DNA of 64,000 nt from positions 1 to 64,000 of IMG/VR virus record IMGVR_UViG_3300001533_002564; one strand, given 5' to 3'. Of the stretch, positions 10,001-19,516 are shown piece after piece. Numbering within the stretch: the stretch's first letter is position 1; each line of letters begins with the position of its first letter. Source of the stretch: a virus. A program made the position numbers and the translations under genes. The notes under the pieces were generated by a model. It saw only the letters and a list, made by a program, of their open reading frames with translations. It ran no database searches and was not told where the DNA came from.

Positions 10001-10688
10001 ATTTTGCAGCTTTCATAAATTCATCAGTTAATCTTACTGAAACGTTAGCACCAGTAACTTTACCTTCACTCATTTTTGCATCAATAAAATCTTCAGCATC
10101 AGGATGATTAATTGAAACACTTAACATTAATGCGCCTCTTCGACCATCTTGTGCTACTTCTTTTGTACTATTTGAATATCTTTCCATAAAAGGAACAATT
10201 CCAGTACTTGTTATCGCACTATTTTTTACTGGACTTCCTTTAGGACGAATAAATGACAGGTCTTGTCCTACTCCACCTCGTCTTTTTTGAAGTTGAACCA
10301 TATCTTGATCGAGTTTCATAATTCCACCATAACTATCACTGTCTTTATTATTTCCAATTACAAAACAATTAGATAGTGATATTATTTGAAAATTATTACC
10401 AATACCAGACATCGAACCACCTTGTGGAACAATTCTTTTAAAATTTTTAATTGTTTTATAAATTTCTTTTGCAGATAATGCATTAGGATATTTAGCTTCG
10501 ATTCTCGCAAATTCTTTTGCTAATCTCCTATGCATATTATCTGGGGATAATTCATAATAATTATTATCGTCTTTTAAACAATATTTTTTTATCCAGACAT
10601 CTGTAGCTAATTGGTCGTTATTAAAATAAGTTAATGTTGCTTCTTCAACTTGTTCTTTTGTATAAGTTTTTTTGGTTTTTTCTATCAT
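7032..10688 (-). CDS. nrdJ: Class II (B12-dependent) ribonucleotide reductase with intein
   Basis: SLSNCFV, RRGA, TNPC/GEIPL, APTGT, KGMTVYR, C-terminal zinc ribbon. Confidence 0.93.
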   Translation of the reverse strand: MIEKTKKTYTKEQVEEATLTYFNNDQLATDVWIKKYCLKDDNNYYELSPDNMHRRLAKEFARIEAKYPNALSAKEIYKTIKNFKRIVPQGGSMSGIGNNFQIISLSNCFVIGNNKDSDSYGGIMKLDQDMVQLQKRRGGVGQDLSFIRPKGSPVKNSAITSTGIVPFMERYSNSTKEVAQDGRRGALMLSVSINHPDAEDFIDAKMSEGKVTGANVSVRLTDEFMKAAKYEYAFEQKYPIDSDNPKIIKEIDPTKLWKKIIHNAWKSGEPGILFWDKVISESIPDCYADLGFKTTSTNPCVTSDSWVMTNEGPKQVNELIGKDFTALVDNEQYLSKGGFFYTGDKKVYEVETNRGLKIKATDNHKFKRVIKQNRGKKSYEWVELGDLIEGDVLNLNYNKNQNLKSSWDSNYDDKIGWLIGSLVGDGSLVNETAYLRYWGENRATMKKIAVDLIKTSLNYNDSLGSGDDNNEIITVKSNPLGRIANDLGLFDGKNLGYAIESQSSDFYRGFISGILDADGTVLNNSKKGINVRLSSSNLNNLEVIQRMLLRLGIVSSIFKNRRLDSKKMLPDGNGGKKEYNVKAQHELVISKENLLVFNKRIGFKDVNKQTKLDNVLNNLKRGLYKEYFTDSIKSIKLVGVEDVYDCNVDIAHEFDCNGISVHNCGEIPLCPYDSCRLLALNLYGYVVNPFTSDSYFDWDLFKNDVIIAMRYMDDIIDLELEKIDNILAKIKLDPEDEFIKLYEINLWTKIREKAIEGRRTGLGVTAEGDMLAALSLTYGTDSVNDFSEKVHENLKLNAYKSSVILAKERGAFPIYDAKREKNNPFILRIKEANPELYADMVKYGRRNIALLTIAPTGTASLMTQTTSGIEPVFLPVYKRRRKINPQEKDIQIDFVDEEGIAWKEYLVFHNNFKTWLKANDYDVDIVKTMTEEQVDEIVKKSPYYKATSNDVDWVKKVEMQGRIQKHVDHSISVTVNLPEEATEDLVRQVYETGWSAGCKGMTVYREGSRSGVLISNNEKKEVAIEEVHAPKRGKRLKAEIHRFQNKLEKWIAVVGLKDGHPYEIFTGRLENGLSSLPPLITECEVVKNIIEIDELIDGKIVKVKRKRYDIEYIDSQGDKHIFTGLNHAFNPEFWNYAKFISGVLRHKMPLVYVFELIDSLNFKEDYINTWKNGVTRVIKRYIKDGEKGKGTCPVCGSNDLQYKEGCLICMGCGNSKCG
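8700..9791 (-). mobile_element. LAGLIDADG intein in NrdJ (364 aa) at the active-site NPC
   Basis: TNP|CVTSDSW...ATDNH...GSLVGDG...GILDADG...SVHN|CGEIPL. Confidence 0.93.
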
Positions 10689-10922
10689 AATGTGTTATAA
10701 TTTTTTATAATTTTTGAGTGACAAATATATACATTAGTTTGAATAAATACAAGGGTTTCTTAAAAATATAAAAAAAATTATTAGTTATTTTTTATATTTT
10801 TTTTATTTGAGAATTTAACAATTTTATTGTCAGTATATTAAAGAAAAAGGAGTGCTAAAAGCACTCCCAAAAAAAACGGAAATTGATACAAAACAGAAAA
10901 AAACTATTATTAATTTCTTTTA

Positions 10923-11630
10923 TTAATCATCATTTTTATCATCAATTAATGATTTTGATATCGTTTTAAAATCATCATGACTTGAACTCATACTTCTATA
11001 ACTTACAGCAGCGTCATTTAATGTATTTGACATATTAAATACACCATCACTTGATGCTGTATAAGTATATGTATTACCAATACTTACACCAAAACTACTT
11101 CCAACAGAAAAAGCATCTTGATTTGCAGCAAGATAGATGAAATTCCAATCATCATTTTCACAATCTTTAATAAGTTTTTTTACATCATCTAAATCATATT
11201 CTTTACTTGTATTATTAAGTCCATCAGTTATAATACATACAAGTACTTTTGCTGATGCTTCAACTCCGAGTTTACGATGATTTGCTTTAACTTCATTAAT
11301 TGTTTTACCAATTGCATCATAAAGTGAAGTACTTCCTCTCGGATACCACTCTTTTTCAGTAATTTCTTTTACTTTTTTAATATCGACATCATCATAAAGT
11401 AATTCATATTTATCGTCAAAAAGTACAACAGTTAATGTTGCTTCGTCAGGTAATTCTTTTTGTTGCTTTATAAAGGTATTGAATCCACCAATACTATCGT
11501 CCATTATACTTGACATAGACCCACTACGGTCTAATATACAAATGATTTGTGTTTTTTCATTTGTATTAATGTTTTCTTCAACTACGGTTTTAGTGACAGT
11601 TGTAGTTACTTTCTTTTTATTTTTAGCCAT
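10923..11630 (-). CDS. vWA domain protein
   Basis: ILDRSGSM, TSLYDAIG, IITDG. Confidence 0.85.
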   Translation of the reverse strand: MAKNKKKVTTTVTKTVVEENINTNEKTQIICILDRSGSMSSIMDDSIGGFNTFIKQQKELPDEATLTVVLFDDKYELLYDDVDIKKVKEITEKEWYPRGSTSLYDAIGKTINEVKANHRKLGVEASAKVLVCIITDGLNNTSKEYDLDDVKKLIKDCENDDWNFIYLAANQDAFSVGSSFGVSIGNTYTYTASSDGVFNMSNTLNDAAVSYRSMSSSHDDFKTISKSLIDDKNDD

Positions 11631-11845
11631 TTTTATACATAAGCATTTATTTTAAAGTTATTTTCATCAAAGATAATTCAATTTCAATTAAAATGCAAGA
11701 TTATTTTTATTTAGATTAAATAAAAATTATAATTAATTGAAAATAAAAAAGTTATGTTTTATTGTATAAATCTTAAGTTTAACTTGATTTAAATACAATA
11801 AAGACATAAAATCTGAAAATAGTTTAATATTTAAAAATAAAATTT

Positions 11846-12535
11846 TTATTTAATCCATTTTCTAATAGCATTATCACTAACACCATATTTACGACCTGTT
11901 TCTGAATATCCTAATACATTAATTTCATTTAATAATTGTTCTTGTGGTGGTCTTTGAACTTTTCTTTGTTCCATATTATGACATTTCATACATAATTTAG
12001 AATTTCTTTTTATTTTTACACCACATATAGAACAATAATTCTTTGGTGTATATTTTTTAAATTTGAATGGTCTTTTGAATTTCTTTGCGTTTCGACCACA
12101 GTGTGTCGAAAGTGTTGCATTACAATTTGGACATAAAATTCTCAAATTTATTAAACGATGATCATTATTTATACCATTAATATGGTCAAGAATTAAACTC
12201 ATTTTTTCACCATACCACATTTCATCTTGTCCACATTTTTCACATATACGTTCTTTTAATCCTTCATCAAACAAACGTTTTTTTAATGAAGTTCGACTAT
12301 ATGTTGAACCAGAAACTAAAATTTCTTCAATAGGTATTTTTAATTGATTTAAATTTTGTGTTTGATTTTTTCTATTAAAATGCGAAATATCAATATTATA
12401 TATTCTTAAGTATCGATTTAATGTGTCATAATTTCCAGTAAATGATTTCAGTCCTAAACATATTAATGTTTCTGATTTATTTGTAGATTTATTAACGCAG
12501 TTTATTAAATTTTCTTCATCCCATCGATTTTTCAT
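11846..12535 (-). CDS. HNH homing endonuclease
   Basis: CEKCG...LDHINGINND...LRILCPNCNA plus C-terminal HTH GRKYGVSDNAIRKW. Confidence 0.88.
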   Translation of the reverse strand: MKNRWDEENLINCVNKSTNKSETLICLGLKSFTGNYDTLNRYLRIYNIDISHFNRKNQTQNLNQLKIPIEEILVSGSTYSRTSLKKRLFDEGLKERICEKCGQDEMWYGEKMSLILDHINGINNDHRLINLRILCPNCNATLSTHCGRNAKKFKRPFKFKKYTPKNYCSICGVKIKRNSKLCMKCHNMEQRKVQRPPQEQLLNEINVLGYSETGRKYGVSDNAIRKWIK

Positions 12536-12599
12536 AATTTTAAATTTAATATAAATACTCGAACTATGAAAATATTTATATTAAATTTAAAATTTGTTG

Positions 12600-12687
12600 T
12601 CGGAGCAAGGGGTTCGAACCCCCAATGTTTACCCTATGGGAACTGATTTATGGTCAGTCACAACATCACCATCATTGCCGTCTTCCC
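12600..12687 (-). pseudogene. Degenerate/chimeric tRNA-Tyr-like gene
   Basis: Tyr-type body with variable arm; anticodon loop CCATAAA instead of CTGTAAA; acceptor strands mismatched. Confidence 0.55.
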
Positions 12688-12701
12688 ATTATATTTATTA
12701 G

Positions 12702-12796
12702 TGAGATAAAGAGGATTTGAACCTTGTCTTAGTTAGACTTCATCTAACCCTATGTGCACAAATAGGACGGTTTCACCACAACCGAAAAGTTATCTC
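12702..12796 (-). ncRNA. tRNA-like element with 8-nt anticodon loop
   Basis: GAGATAA/TTATCTC acceptor, CGGTT/AACCG, CCTAT-TTGTGCAC-ATAGG, GTTAGA/TCTAAC arm, TTCAAAT loop. Confidence 0.5.
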
Positions 12797-12801
12797 ATTA
12801 G

Positions 12802-12880
12802 TGGGGATGGTAGGACTCGAACCTACATGCCGAAGCGGGACTTTTACAGAGTCTTGGGTATTCCAGCACCCAACATCCCC
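12802..12880 (-). tRNA. tRNA-Tyr(GTA)
   Basis: GGGGATG/CATCCCC-A acceptor, CTGTAAA loop, variable arm. Confidence 0.88.
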
Positions 12881-12951
12881 CAATTGAATTTTTTTACATG
12901 AATACCTTTCCTCAGTTCATCGAAAAATTCTAAAACGTTCTACCCTGTTTG

Positions 12952-13024
12952 TGCGCCCGAAGGGACTTGAACCCTTAACTCCCGATTTAAAGGACCGGTA
13001 CTCTACCAATTGAGTTACGAACGC
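12952..13024 (-). tRNA. tRNA-Lys(TTT), C33 variant
   Basis: Cloverleaf, loop CCTTTAA. Confidence 0.82.
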
Positions 13025-13029
13025 AATTG

Positions 13030-13102
13030 TGACCCCTGTGAGGCTCGAACTCACGACCCATGCCTTAAAAGGGCATTGCTCTACCAACTGAGCTAAGAGG
13101 TC
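13030..13102 (-). tRNA. tRNA-Lys(TTT)
   Basis: Canonical, ATGCC-CTTTTAA-GGCAT. Confidence 0.93.
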
Positions 13103-13121
13103 AATTTCACATTGGATGTTA

Positions 13122-13206
13122 TTCATTATACGGGACTCGAACCCGTGCGCAAGGATTAAGGATAGCATGTGCGTTTCCTTTGCTCTACCAACTGAGCTAC
13201 TAATGC
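13122..13206 (-). pseudogene. tRNA-like gene with expanded anticodon loop (possibly Lys-CTT-derived)
   Basis: Canonical D and T arms; AAGGA-(20 nt ending CCTTAA)-TCCTT. Confidence 0.5.
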
Positions 13207-13409
13207 AACCAATGTGTCTACTCACATAATTACTAATATTGATTACTTATTTAATTTACTAATATATTTCTAATTATCTTGCCTGTCAGCACCTTCCACT
13301 GCTCAAGTTTTTTTATCTCACGATTGCGATTGTTACATACCATCTTTTCACACATTTTACTTTAAGATTTTCATCTTCTCTTTCATATCACTTTCAATTT
13401 TATATTAAT

Positions 13410-13443
13410 AAAAAAACCCGACTCTTTCGAATCGGGTTTTTTT
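13410..13443 (-). terminator. Attenuator terminator 2
   Basis: AAACCCGATTC-GAAA-GAGTCGGGTTT plus U-tract. Confidence 0.85.
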
Positions 13444-13461
13444 ATTATAAAGTCATTACTT

Positions 13462-13554
13462 TTATATCATAACTTTAGACATAATTATCCCGATTCGTAT
13501 AAGATACTTCTTATAAGATTTTTTACAGTAATAATATTTTCTAAAAGTTGTCAT
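13462..13554 (-). CDS. Leader peptide 2, MTTFRKYYYCKKSYKKYLIRIGIIMSKVMI (30 aa)
   Basis: K/Y run; CGAATCGGG (13489-13497) complementary to the terminator 5' arm. Confidence 0.8.
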   Translation of the reverse strand: MTTFRKYYYCKKSYKKYLIRIGIIMSKVMI

Positions 13555-13597
13555 TTCTAATTATTTTAAATTTGATTTTACAAAACTATAACATAAA

Positions 13598-13623
13598 TAC
13601 GTAAAAAACAAGAAAATGTTACA
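13598..13623 (-). promoter_or_regulatory. TGTAAC-N16-CGTA promoter motif
   Basis: One of six copies in the window. Confidence 0.6.
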
Positions 13624-13686
13624 AAAATTTAAAATTATTTTTTATTTAATACATAAACTTACTATTCTTTAGATATTTTTTCATAA

Positions 13687-14769
13687 TTACACATCATCAT
13701 AACCATTACTAAATGGTTTACTATATTTTGGTCTAATCATTTTCCAAATAATATCTGCATATGGTCTTTTATCATATAATTTAAATAAAATTGCACGATA
13801 ATTTGATTGTTTTGCTTGTTCAGCAAACTCAGTACGGTTACTTATGTCATTAATATGATAAATTCTTACAAATTCCAATAATGATTGTCTTTCAGTTTCA
13901 TTATATTGATTTTGTAGTTTATTTATTGTTCTTTTTAACCAATCATAAAATTCATCAGGAACTCTATCAAATAACCCATCAAAATCATAATTATTTTTCA
14001 AATGTTCCCAAACAATTACATTAGAAACATTTGTTAATATACCATGCAATCTAACATATTCATTAAACTTAACTTTAACTCTAAATCCATTAAAAAATCT
14101 AATTACAAAACCTTCTTTATTTTCTTCTTCAAGTGCTTTAAGTTCAGTTAAATTTTCAATATTCTTAATTTTATGTCTTTTTACAATGGTAAATAATTTT
14201 GAATATTGTGCAACCATATCGTCATAATATTGTTCAAAACCTGTTTCCGTATTAATTACTGATAATAAAATTAAGTCATACATATCACCATAATCAACAA
14301 CAATCCTGTTTTCAGGATAAATTATTTCAAATAAATAAGTATTATTTTCGTCAAATTTATCATAAGTATTTACATTAAGCATCTTTTTTGCTTCGATTGC
14401 TTGTTCTGAAATAAATGAACCTCTTGATGCAATAATCCAAACCATACGTGGTTTATAGTAGAATAATATAATTAAAGAACCATCCATTTTTTCAAAAATA
14501 TCATAATCTTGTGATAAATCAATTTCTGTTGAATCATGTTCTTCAATATTCTTGAATTTCTGGAATGGACGAGCTAATATATTACCATCAATATCAACAA
14601 CCATTCCACGACAAGACATAGTATATTCATCCCAAAACTTCTTTGATTGTGCTTTAGGACTATAATTAAGTATCCACATATCGTATTCTAGATGTTTATT
14701 TGCTATAATTAAATTATTATCAATATAATGATTTAATTTTTCCCAATTTAATTTTTTTAACATTTTCAT
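13687..14769 (-). CDS. T4 Rnl1-like RNA ligase
   Basis: CRGMV, PFQKFKN, EKMDGS (motif I), ASRGSF, EGFVI, VKVK. Confidence 0.88.
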   Translation of the reverse strand: MKMLKKLNWEKLNHYIDNNLIIANKHLEYDMWILNYSPKAQSKKFWDEYTMSCRGMVVDIDGNILARPFQKFKNIEEHDSTEIDLSQDYDIFEKMDGSLIILFYYKPRMVWIIASRGSFISEQAIEAKKMLNVNTYDKFDENNTYLFEIIYPENRIVVDYGDMYDLILLSVINTETGFEQYYDDMVAQYSKLFTIVKRHKIKNIENLTELKALEEENKEGFVIRFFNGFRVKVKFNEYVRLHGILTNVSNVIVWEHLKNNYDFDGLFDRVPDEFYDWLKRTINKLQNQYNETERQSLLEFVRIYHINDISNRTEFAEQAKQSNYRAILFKLYDKRPYADIIWKMIRPKYSKPFSNGYDDV

Positions 14770-15763
14770 TTTACAAATAAATATATTGGTTCATACTTAA
14801 ATTTATTATCTTTTTTTCTTAAATTAACATTCGAAAGTGCTAATTTATATGCTGTTCTATACTTAAAACCGACCTTTTCAGCCGTTTTAATTAATTCTTG
14901 TCTTTTATGTCTGCAATATTAATAAGCATCACAGCACCCGATTTTAACCCATAATAACAATTTTTAAAAGTTTCTGTAAGATAACCTTCAATCCATTCTT
15001 CTTTAGTTGGATATTTTATATAACTTTGAGTTTTTTCATCACTATATTTTTCTAAATCAAAATATGGTGGTGAAGTAAAACATAAATTCAAACTATTTTT
15101 ATTTGGTTTATAATCTTCACTCCCCATATTATAAATCCATGTATCAATATTTTCACCATAATCTTCAACAATTTCCATTAATCCTTCGAATGTTTCTGTT
15201 GATGGTTCTGTTGCTATATATCTTTTAACACCACTTGCAATAGCACCAAACAATCTTCCACCCCAACCACCAGACATATCCCAAACAACTCCATCTTTTG
15301 CAAATACATCATAAATTGTTGCTGCTGCTGTTGGTCTGAAATTAGAAACTGCTTGAACACCTGAATATATTTTCAACATTTTTCTTATACCAGAGTCTGA
15401 CATATATGTTCCCATTTTCAATCTTTTTTGAATGACTTTCATAAATATTTCATCATCCATAAATGCTTCATATGGACTTATTTTATTTCCACATTTTACT
15501 TCAAAAGAATATGGAAAATATGACCAAGCAAGTCCTAATCCATGCATTGTTTGTTTAAAAACACCGTCTTGAAATAAATTACTTCTATCGTAATTCATTA
15601 ATTTTCTAAATTCTTTCAGTCTACTTTCATCATCGAAATAATAATATGGAAATCCATGTTCTCTATAATAATGGAATATGTCTCTAGCAAAATAATTTAA
15701 TTCAGTCTCGGACATATTTCTCCAATGCTTTTCATTTACAAAAACCTGTTCTTTATTTATCAT
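14766..15763 (-). pseudogene. Amino-DNA methyltransferase with frameshifted C-terminus
   Basis: DMSGGWGG and FTSPPY motifs. The main frame stops at 14891; an alternative frame continues QELIKTAEKVGF...KYEPIYLFVK to a TGA overlapping the ligase ATG. Confidence 0.7.
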
Positions 15764-15767
15764 ATTA

Positions 15768-16061
15768 TTAATACTTTAATATTTTAATTCGTTTAGCTAA
15801 ATACCATAATCCACCTTGATTTTCAGGTCTTTTTAATTCACTAAAATCTTCAATTAATACTTTTTTCCAAACTCTCATTTCACCATTTTTTAATTTCATT
15901 TTTAAATGAGATGCTTCAGGTTTAGCTGTGCAATGCCACCCTTCTCTAATAGCAAAACCATTAGTTGGGTGATTTTCACTTTCCATCCATTTATTAATAA
16001 ATAATGATGTTATTTCACCTGACTTTAGTTGTCTAAATAATTTATACGCAATTTTTACCAT
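15768..16061 (-). CDS. Hypothetical phage protein
   Basis: ORF with upstream TATCTTTG motif. Confidence 0.6.
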   Translation of the reverse strand: MVKIAYKLFRQLKSGEITSLFINKWMESENHPTNGFAIREGWHCTAKPEASHLKMKLKNGEMRVWKKVLIEDFSELKRPENQGGLWYLAKRIKILKY

Positions 16062-16145
16062 AATGTTATATTAAAAATATTAATATAGACAAAGATATAA
16101 AAATATTTTAGAAAACATATAGTATTTATATAAAATTGTAATCCA

Positions 16146-16604
16146 ATGAAAATTAAAGATATTATTAATGAAGAACTAAAAGAAGTTTTAAAAGAAGGAT
16201 ATGTGATGGAACACGATAATTTTAATTTCCGTCAACAAGTAGAACCAACAAAAATAGGTTTTTATAATTATGAAAATTTTTCAAATGATTTCGATGTAGA
16301 TATTAGTGAAAATAATATTGTTGTTAATTGGCGCATTGGTTTTTGGTTAAATGATATGGGTGTTGAGAACTTCTTAGTTCAAGCAGACAGTGTTGAAGGT
16401 ACATATAAAGTTGTCTTAAGAGATAAACAAAGTGATGAAATTACTCAAGAAAATGATAAAAATATTGCTGAAATACCTTGGAAATTTCAAATCTATGATG
16501 CAGAATTAAAACTAAGAGATAGTTTATATGTTGAATCGCTTGATTTTGACTTCAGTACAAAAATATGTACGGTTACATTCTTTGATTCAGATAATCAAGT
16601 ATAA
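16146..16604 (+). CDS. Hypothetical late protein (IINEE N-terminus)
   Basis: AGTATTTATA upstream. Confidence 0.7.
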   Translation: MKIKDIINEELKEVLKEGYVMEHDNFNFRQQVEPTKIGFYNYENFSNDFDVDISENNIVVNWRIGFWLNDMGVENFLVQADSVEGTYKVVLRDKQSDEITQENDKNIAEIPWKFQIYDAELKLRDSLYVESLDFDFSTKICTVTFFDSDNQV

Positions 16605-16618
16605 CATGTTGGAAATTG

Positions 16619-16692
16619 TAGCGAGAGAGGGATTCGAACCCTCGGTCTTCAGGTTATGACTCTGATGCTTTAGCCAACTAAGCTACCTCGCC
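16619..16692 (-). tRNA. tRNA-Met(CAT) (or Ile2)
   Basis: Cloverleaf, loop GTCATAA. Confidence 0.85.
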
Positions 16693-16707
16693 ATTAAATA
16701 TTTATTT

Positions 16708-17181
16708 TTAATATTTCAACACACAATTTAATGGTTCAACTATTAAAAATGGTGTTTGAAGTTCATCATTGCTATAATCTAATTCGCCAAAATTAATTGT
16801 TGGTACATTTTTAACATAAACAACCCATTCATCTATTGCCACCCCTGTTGGGTCTAAAGAGTTTATTTTGATTTCAAATAATATTTTACTATCATTTTCA
16901 TTGGTTTTAAGAAATTCTACTATTTTAAATAAACTTTGTGATGCTGATGGTGCTGCTATTGTATCAATAAATTCAATTTTAATATTTTCCCATTTATTAT
17001 TAGTATAATTTGGTTTATTTATTTTTTGAATAGTCCATGATTTTAGATTGAATTGTTTTGGAAATTCCACTAAAAACAAATTATTTCTTTTTGGTTCATA
17101 TTGTGTTAAATTAGAATCTACCATAGTTTTTATATTTTTTTTATAAATAGTAGATTTCAAAAAATATATCGACACTACCAA
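16708..17181 (-). CDS. T4 gp19-like tail tube family protein (start probably 17124)
   Basis: YEPKRNNLFLVEFP...LDPTGVAIDEW...NFGELDYS. Confidence 0.7.
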   Translation of the reverse strand: MVVSIYFLKSTIYKKNIKTMVDSNLTQYEPKRNNLFLVEFPKQFNLKSWTIQKINKPNYTNNKWENIKIEFIDTIAAPSASQSLFKIVEFLKTNENDSKILFEIKINSLDPTGVAIDEWVVYVKNVPTINFGELDYSNDELQTPFLIVEPLNCVLKY

Positions 17182-17477
17182 GTAATATCGATATAAATTC
17201 TTTTAGAATGTCTAGTTAGTTTTTCTTTGCTAACTTTAACCCCATTTTTCATCCATTGTTTTCTATTTTTACTAACAAGTTTCCAATTAGGATGTCTTAT
17301 ATTTTCATTTTTATCATCAATAAATCCACCATACCATTTAGTAGTTTTATTTTCACCACGATGATATTTACAATAACTACAATGAATGCCATTTTTTTTG
17401 TGTTCTAAATACCTTTTATAAACACGATTAAATTCACCACGATTTGTTGTGGTGTCTAAGATTTTTTTTACTTTCAT
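17175..17477 (-). CDS. Hypothetical basic protein (CxxC)
   Basis: ORF track. Confidence 0.6.
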   Translation of the reverse strand: MKVKKILDTTTNRGEFNRVYKRYLEHKKNGIHCSYCKYHRGENKTTKWYGGFIDDKNENIRHPNWKLVSKNRKQWMKNGVKVSKEKLTRHSKRIYIDITW

Positions 17478-17663
17478 GTTCTTATAAACGCACCATTAGA
17501 GTTGCGTTACAAGACTTTAAATTTTTCTTTCATAATAATAAATAGTTATTAATTTAAGTATATATTTTTATTAACTAATCTGGAATTAATTTCCATCCCG
17601 ATATTAAACCAGATTATTACTGTTTTCATTGTTTTAGCATTTTTTATTTTATTAACAATAAAA

Positions 17664-18452
17664 TCAGCCATCTTTTGTAATAATTTTCTTTTCATATTCT
17701 ATTAATAAATAGTTATTTATTTGATATTTTGTACCAATATTATTTTTTAAATAATTAACAACATCTCTTTTACGTAGTTGAGTTTCGTTCATTTTACTTG
17801 TTTTAGTATATGATAATCCAAGATTATTACAACAAGTTTGAAATATCTTATGTATGTCTAATGATTTATTTGAAAATGAATATGAATCATATTCATAACC
17901 ATTAACTTTATTTATATAATAACAACCATCAGAATGAAATAATCCCATTAATAAATATTTATAAGAAATAATTTCAGTTTGCCATTTAGTTAATATAATT
18001 TTTCTTTGATATTTTCTACCAATTCCATGCTGAGGAAATAATTTTTCTAATTTATTTGAATGTACATATATTTCCAAATAAGTATTTCTATTAACAAAAC
18101 CAACAACATTACTTGGAAATAATTTTTCTAATTCCAATTTAATTAACATATTTAATTTTGAATATTTCGCATCATTAACAATTCGTAGTTTATGTGTTCT
18201 TTTCATCTTATTAATGTAACCATCACCTAAATACAATCCTAATATATATGAATAAGTTTCATTTAAATTATTATCTTCAATATATTTTTTAGGATTAAAA
18301 TTTGTTTTTTGAAATTTATTGAAATTTGGTTTATTTTTTATCCAATCATTAATGGTTGTTCTCGGAATATTTAATATTTTTGATATCTCACAATTATTTA
18401 ATCCAATATTTTTAAAATTAATTACTTTTTGATATTCTTTTTCTGTTCTCAT
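17664..18452 (-). CDS. Free-standing LAGLIDADG homing endonuclease with HTH
   Basis: YILGLYLGDG and LMGLFHSDG. Confidence 0.82.
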   Translation of the reverse strand: MRTEKEYQKVINFKNIGLNNCEISKILNIPRTTINDWIKNKPNFNKFQKTNFNPKKYIEDNNLNETYSYILGLYLGDGYINKMKRTHKLRIVNDAKYSKLNMLIKLELEKLFPSNVVGFVNRNTYLEIYVHSNKLEKLFPQHGIGRKYQRKIILTKWQTEIISYKYLLMGLFHSDGCYYINKVNGYEYDSYSFSNKSLDIHKIFQTCCNNLGLSYTKTSKMNETQLRKRDVVNYLKNNIGTKYQINNYLLIEYEKKIITKDG

Positions 18453-18494
18453 ATTAATAAATACTTTAAAATACCAAAAGCGTCATATTTTTTG

Positions 18495-18581
18495 TGATAT
18501 AAGTGGGAGTCGAACCCACAAGATTATTTCTAATCGATAGATTTTGAATCTATTGCGTCTACCAAGTTTCACCATTATATT
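18495..18581 (-). tRNA. tRNA-Leu(CAA)
   Basis: ATAGA-TTCAAAA-TCTAT, long variable arm. Confidence 0.82.
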
Positions 18582-18711
18582 ATTAAATTATACCAGTTCC
18601 ATCATCTGGGGTTAACGTTTCTTAACTGTTTTTTTGTAAACAAGTTTTCTTTTTTCTGTTCTTTTTACACGTTTACCACAACAATTCTCATTTAGTTTGG
18701 GTTTAACTGCT

Positions 18712-19077
18712 TTAATCGTTTTTTTCATAACTTTTAGACATATTATTTATTTTATATCTATTTTTTAATTCCTTAGTTACTATCATATTATTATCACAAA
18801 AAACTTGAGTATCTTCATATACAATAGTAAAAGGAGCTAATATTAACCCAACATATAGTTTATATGCCTTACAAATATCTCTATTCCAAAATTTCCACCA
18901 TTTACAGATTTTAGACATTTCTTTAGCTATTAATCCATTATATATTCTATTGTTATCTGTTTTACTCTCAAAAACTGCTTTAGATATTCTTTTACCAAAC
19001 ATTTCTTGCATTTCAGAAATACTATATTCAGTAATTCTTTTAGTTTTAGTTTTGAGATTAATTTCAGGTGTTTTCAT
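18712..19077 (-). CDS. Hypothetical protein
   Basis: ORF track. Confidence 0.55.
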   Translation of the reverse strand: MKTPEINLKTKTKRITEYSISEMQEMFGKRISKAVFESKTDNNRIYNGLIAKEMSKICKWWKFWNRDICKAYKLYVGLILAPFTIVYEDTQVFCDNNMIVTKELKNRYKINNMSKSYEKND

Positions 19078-19417
19078 TTTTATTTCGTTTTAATGCTTTT
19101 TCATATATTTTGTCAGCCATATCTCTCCACATCTTATTTTCTTCAGTAAAAGGATTACCTGAATTACCCAAAAATTCTAATGGTGTTAATTTTGAAAATT
19201 TCATTCTGTCTTCCATTACTGATTCTTGATTATTTGCTCTTAATGTAATTGAAAAACCTTTAGCTTTACCTTTTTCATGTGCTTCAGTAATTGCCATTAA
19301 ATCACGATGATAAAAATGTAATTTACTTCTTAATGCCAATAATGTATAATAACATTCTTCATGTGAAGGAATTTTACCTTCTGCTGCATCTGATATTATT
19401 TGATTAATTGTTCTCAT
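19064..19417 (-). CDS. Hypothetical protein
   Basis: ORF track. Confidence 0.6.
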   Translation of the reverse strand: MRTINQIISDAAEGKIPSHEECYYTLLALRSKLHFYHRDLMAITEAHEKGKAKGFSITLRANNQESVMEDRMKFSKLTPLEFLGNSGNPFTEENKMWRDMADKIYEKALKRNKNENT

Positions 19418-19430
19418 AATTTAATTTTTG

Positions 19431-19514
19431 TAGCACAAGCGGGAGTCGAACCCGCACGAGCAATTGCTCACAGCATTTTAAGTGCTGCATGTATACCAAT
19501 TTCATCATTGTGCC
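19431..19514 (-). tRNA. tRNA-Leu(TAA)
   Basis: CAGCA-CTTAAAA-TGCTG, variable arm. Confidence 0.92.
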
Positions 19515-19516
19515 AT

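Noticed and set aside
17500-17533. Micro-ORFs MKEKFKVL* and MKEKMKILK* (13357-13386) as further leaders
   Set aside because: No terminator/antiterminator pair; likely chance in AT-rich DNA
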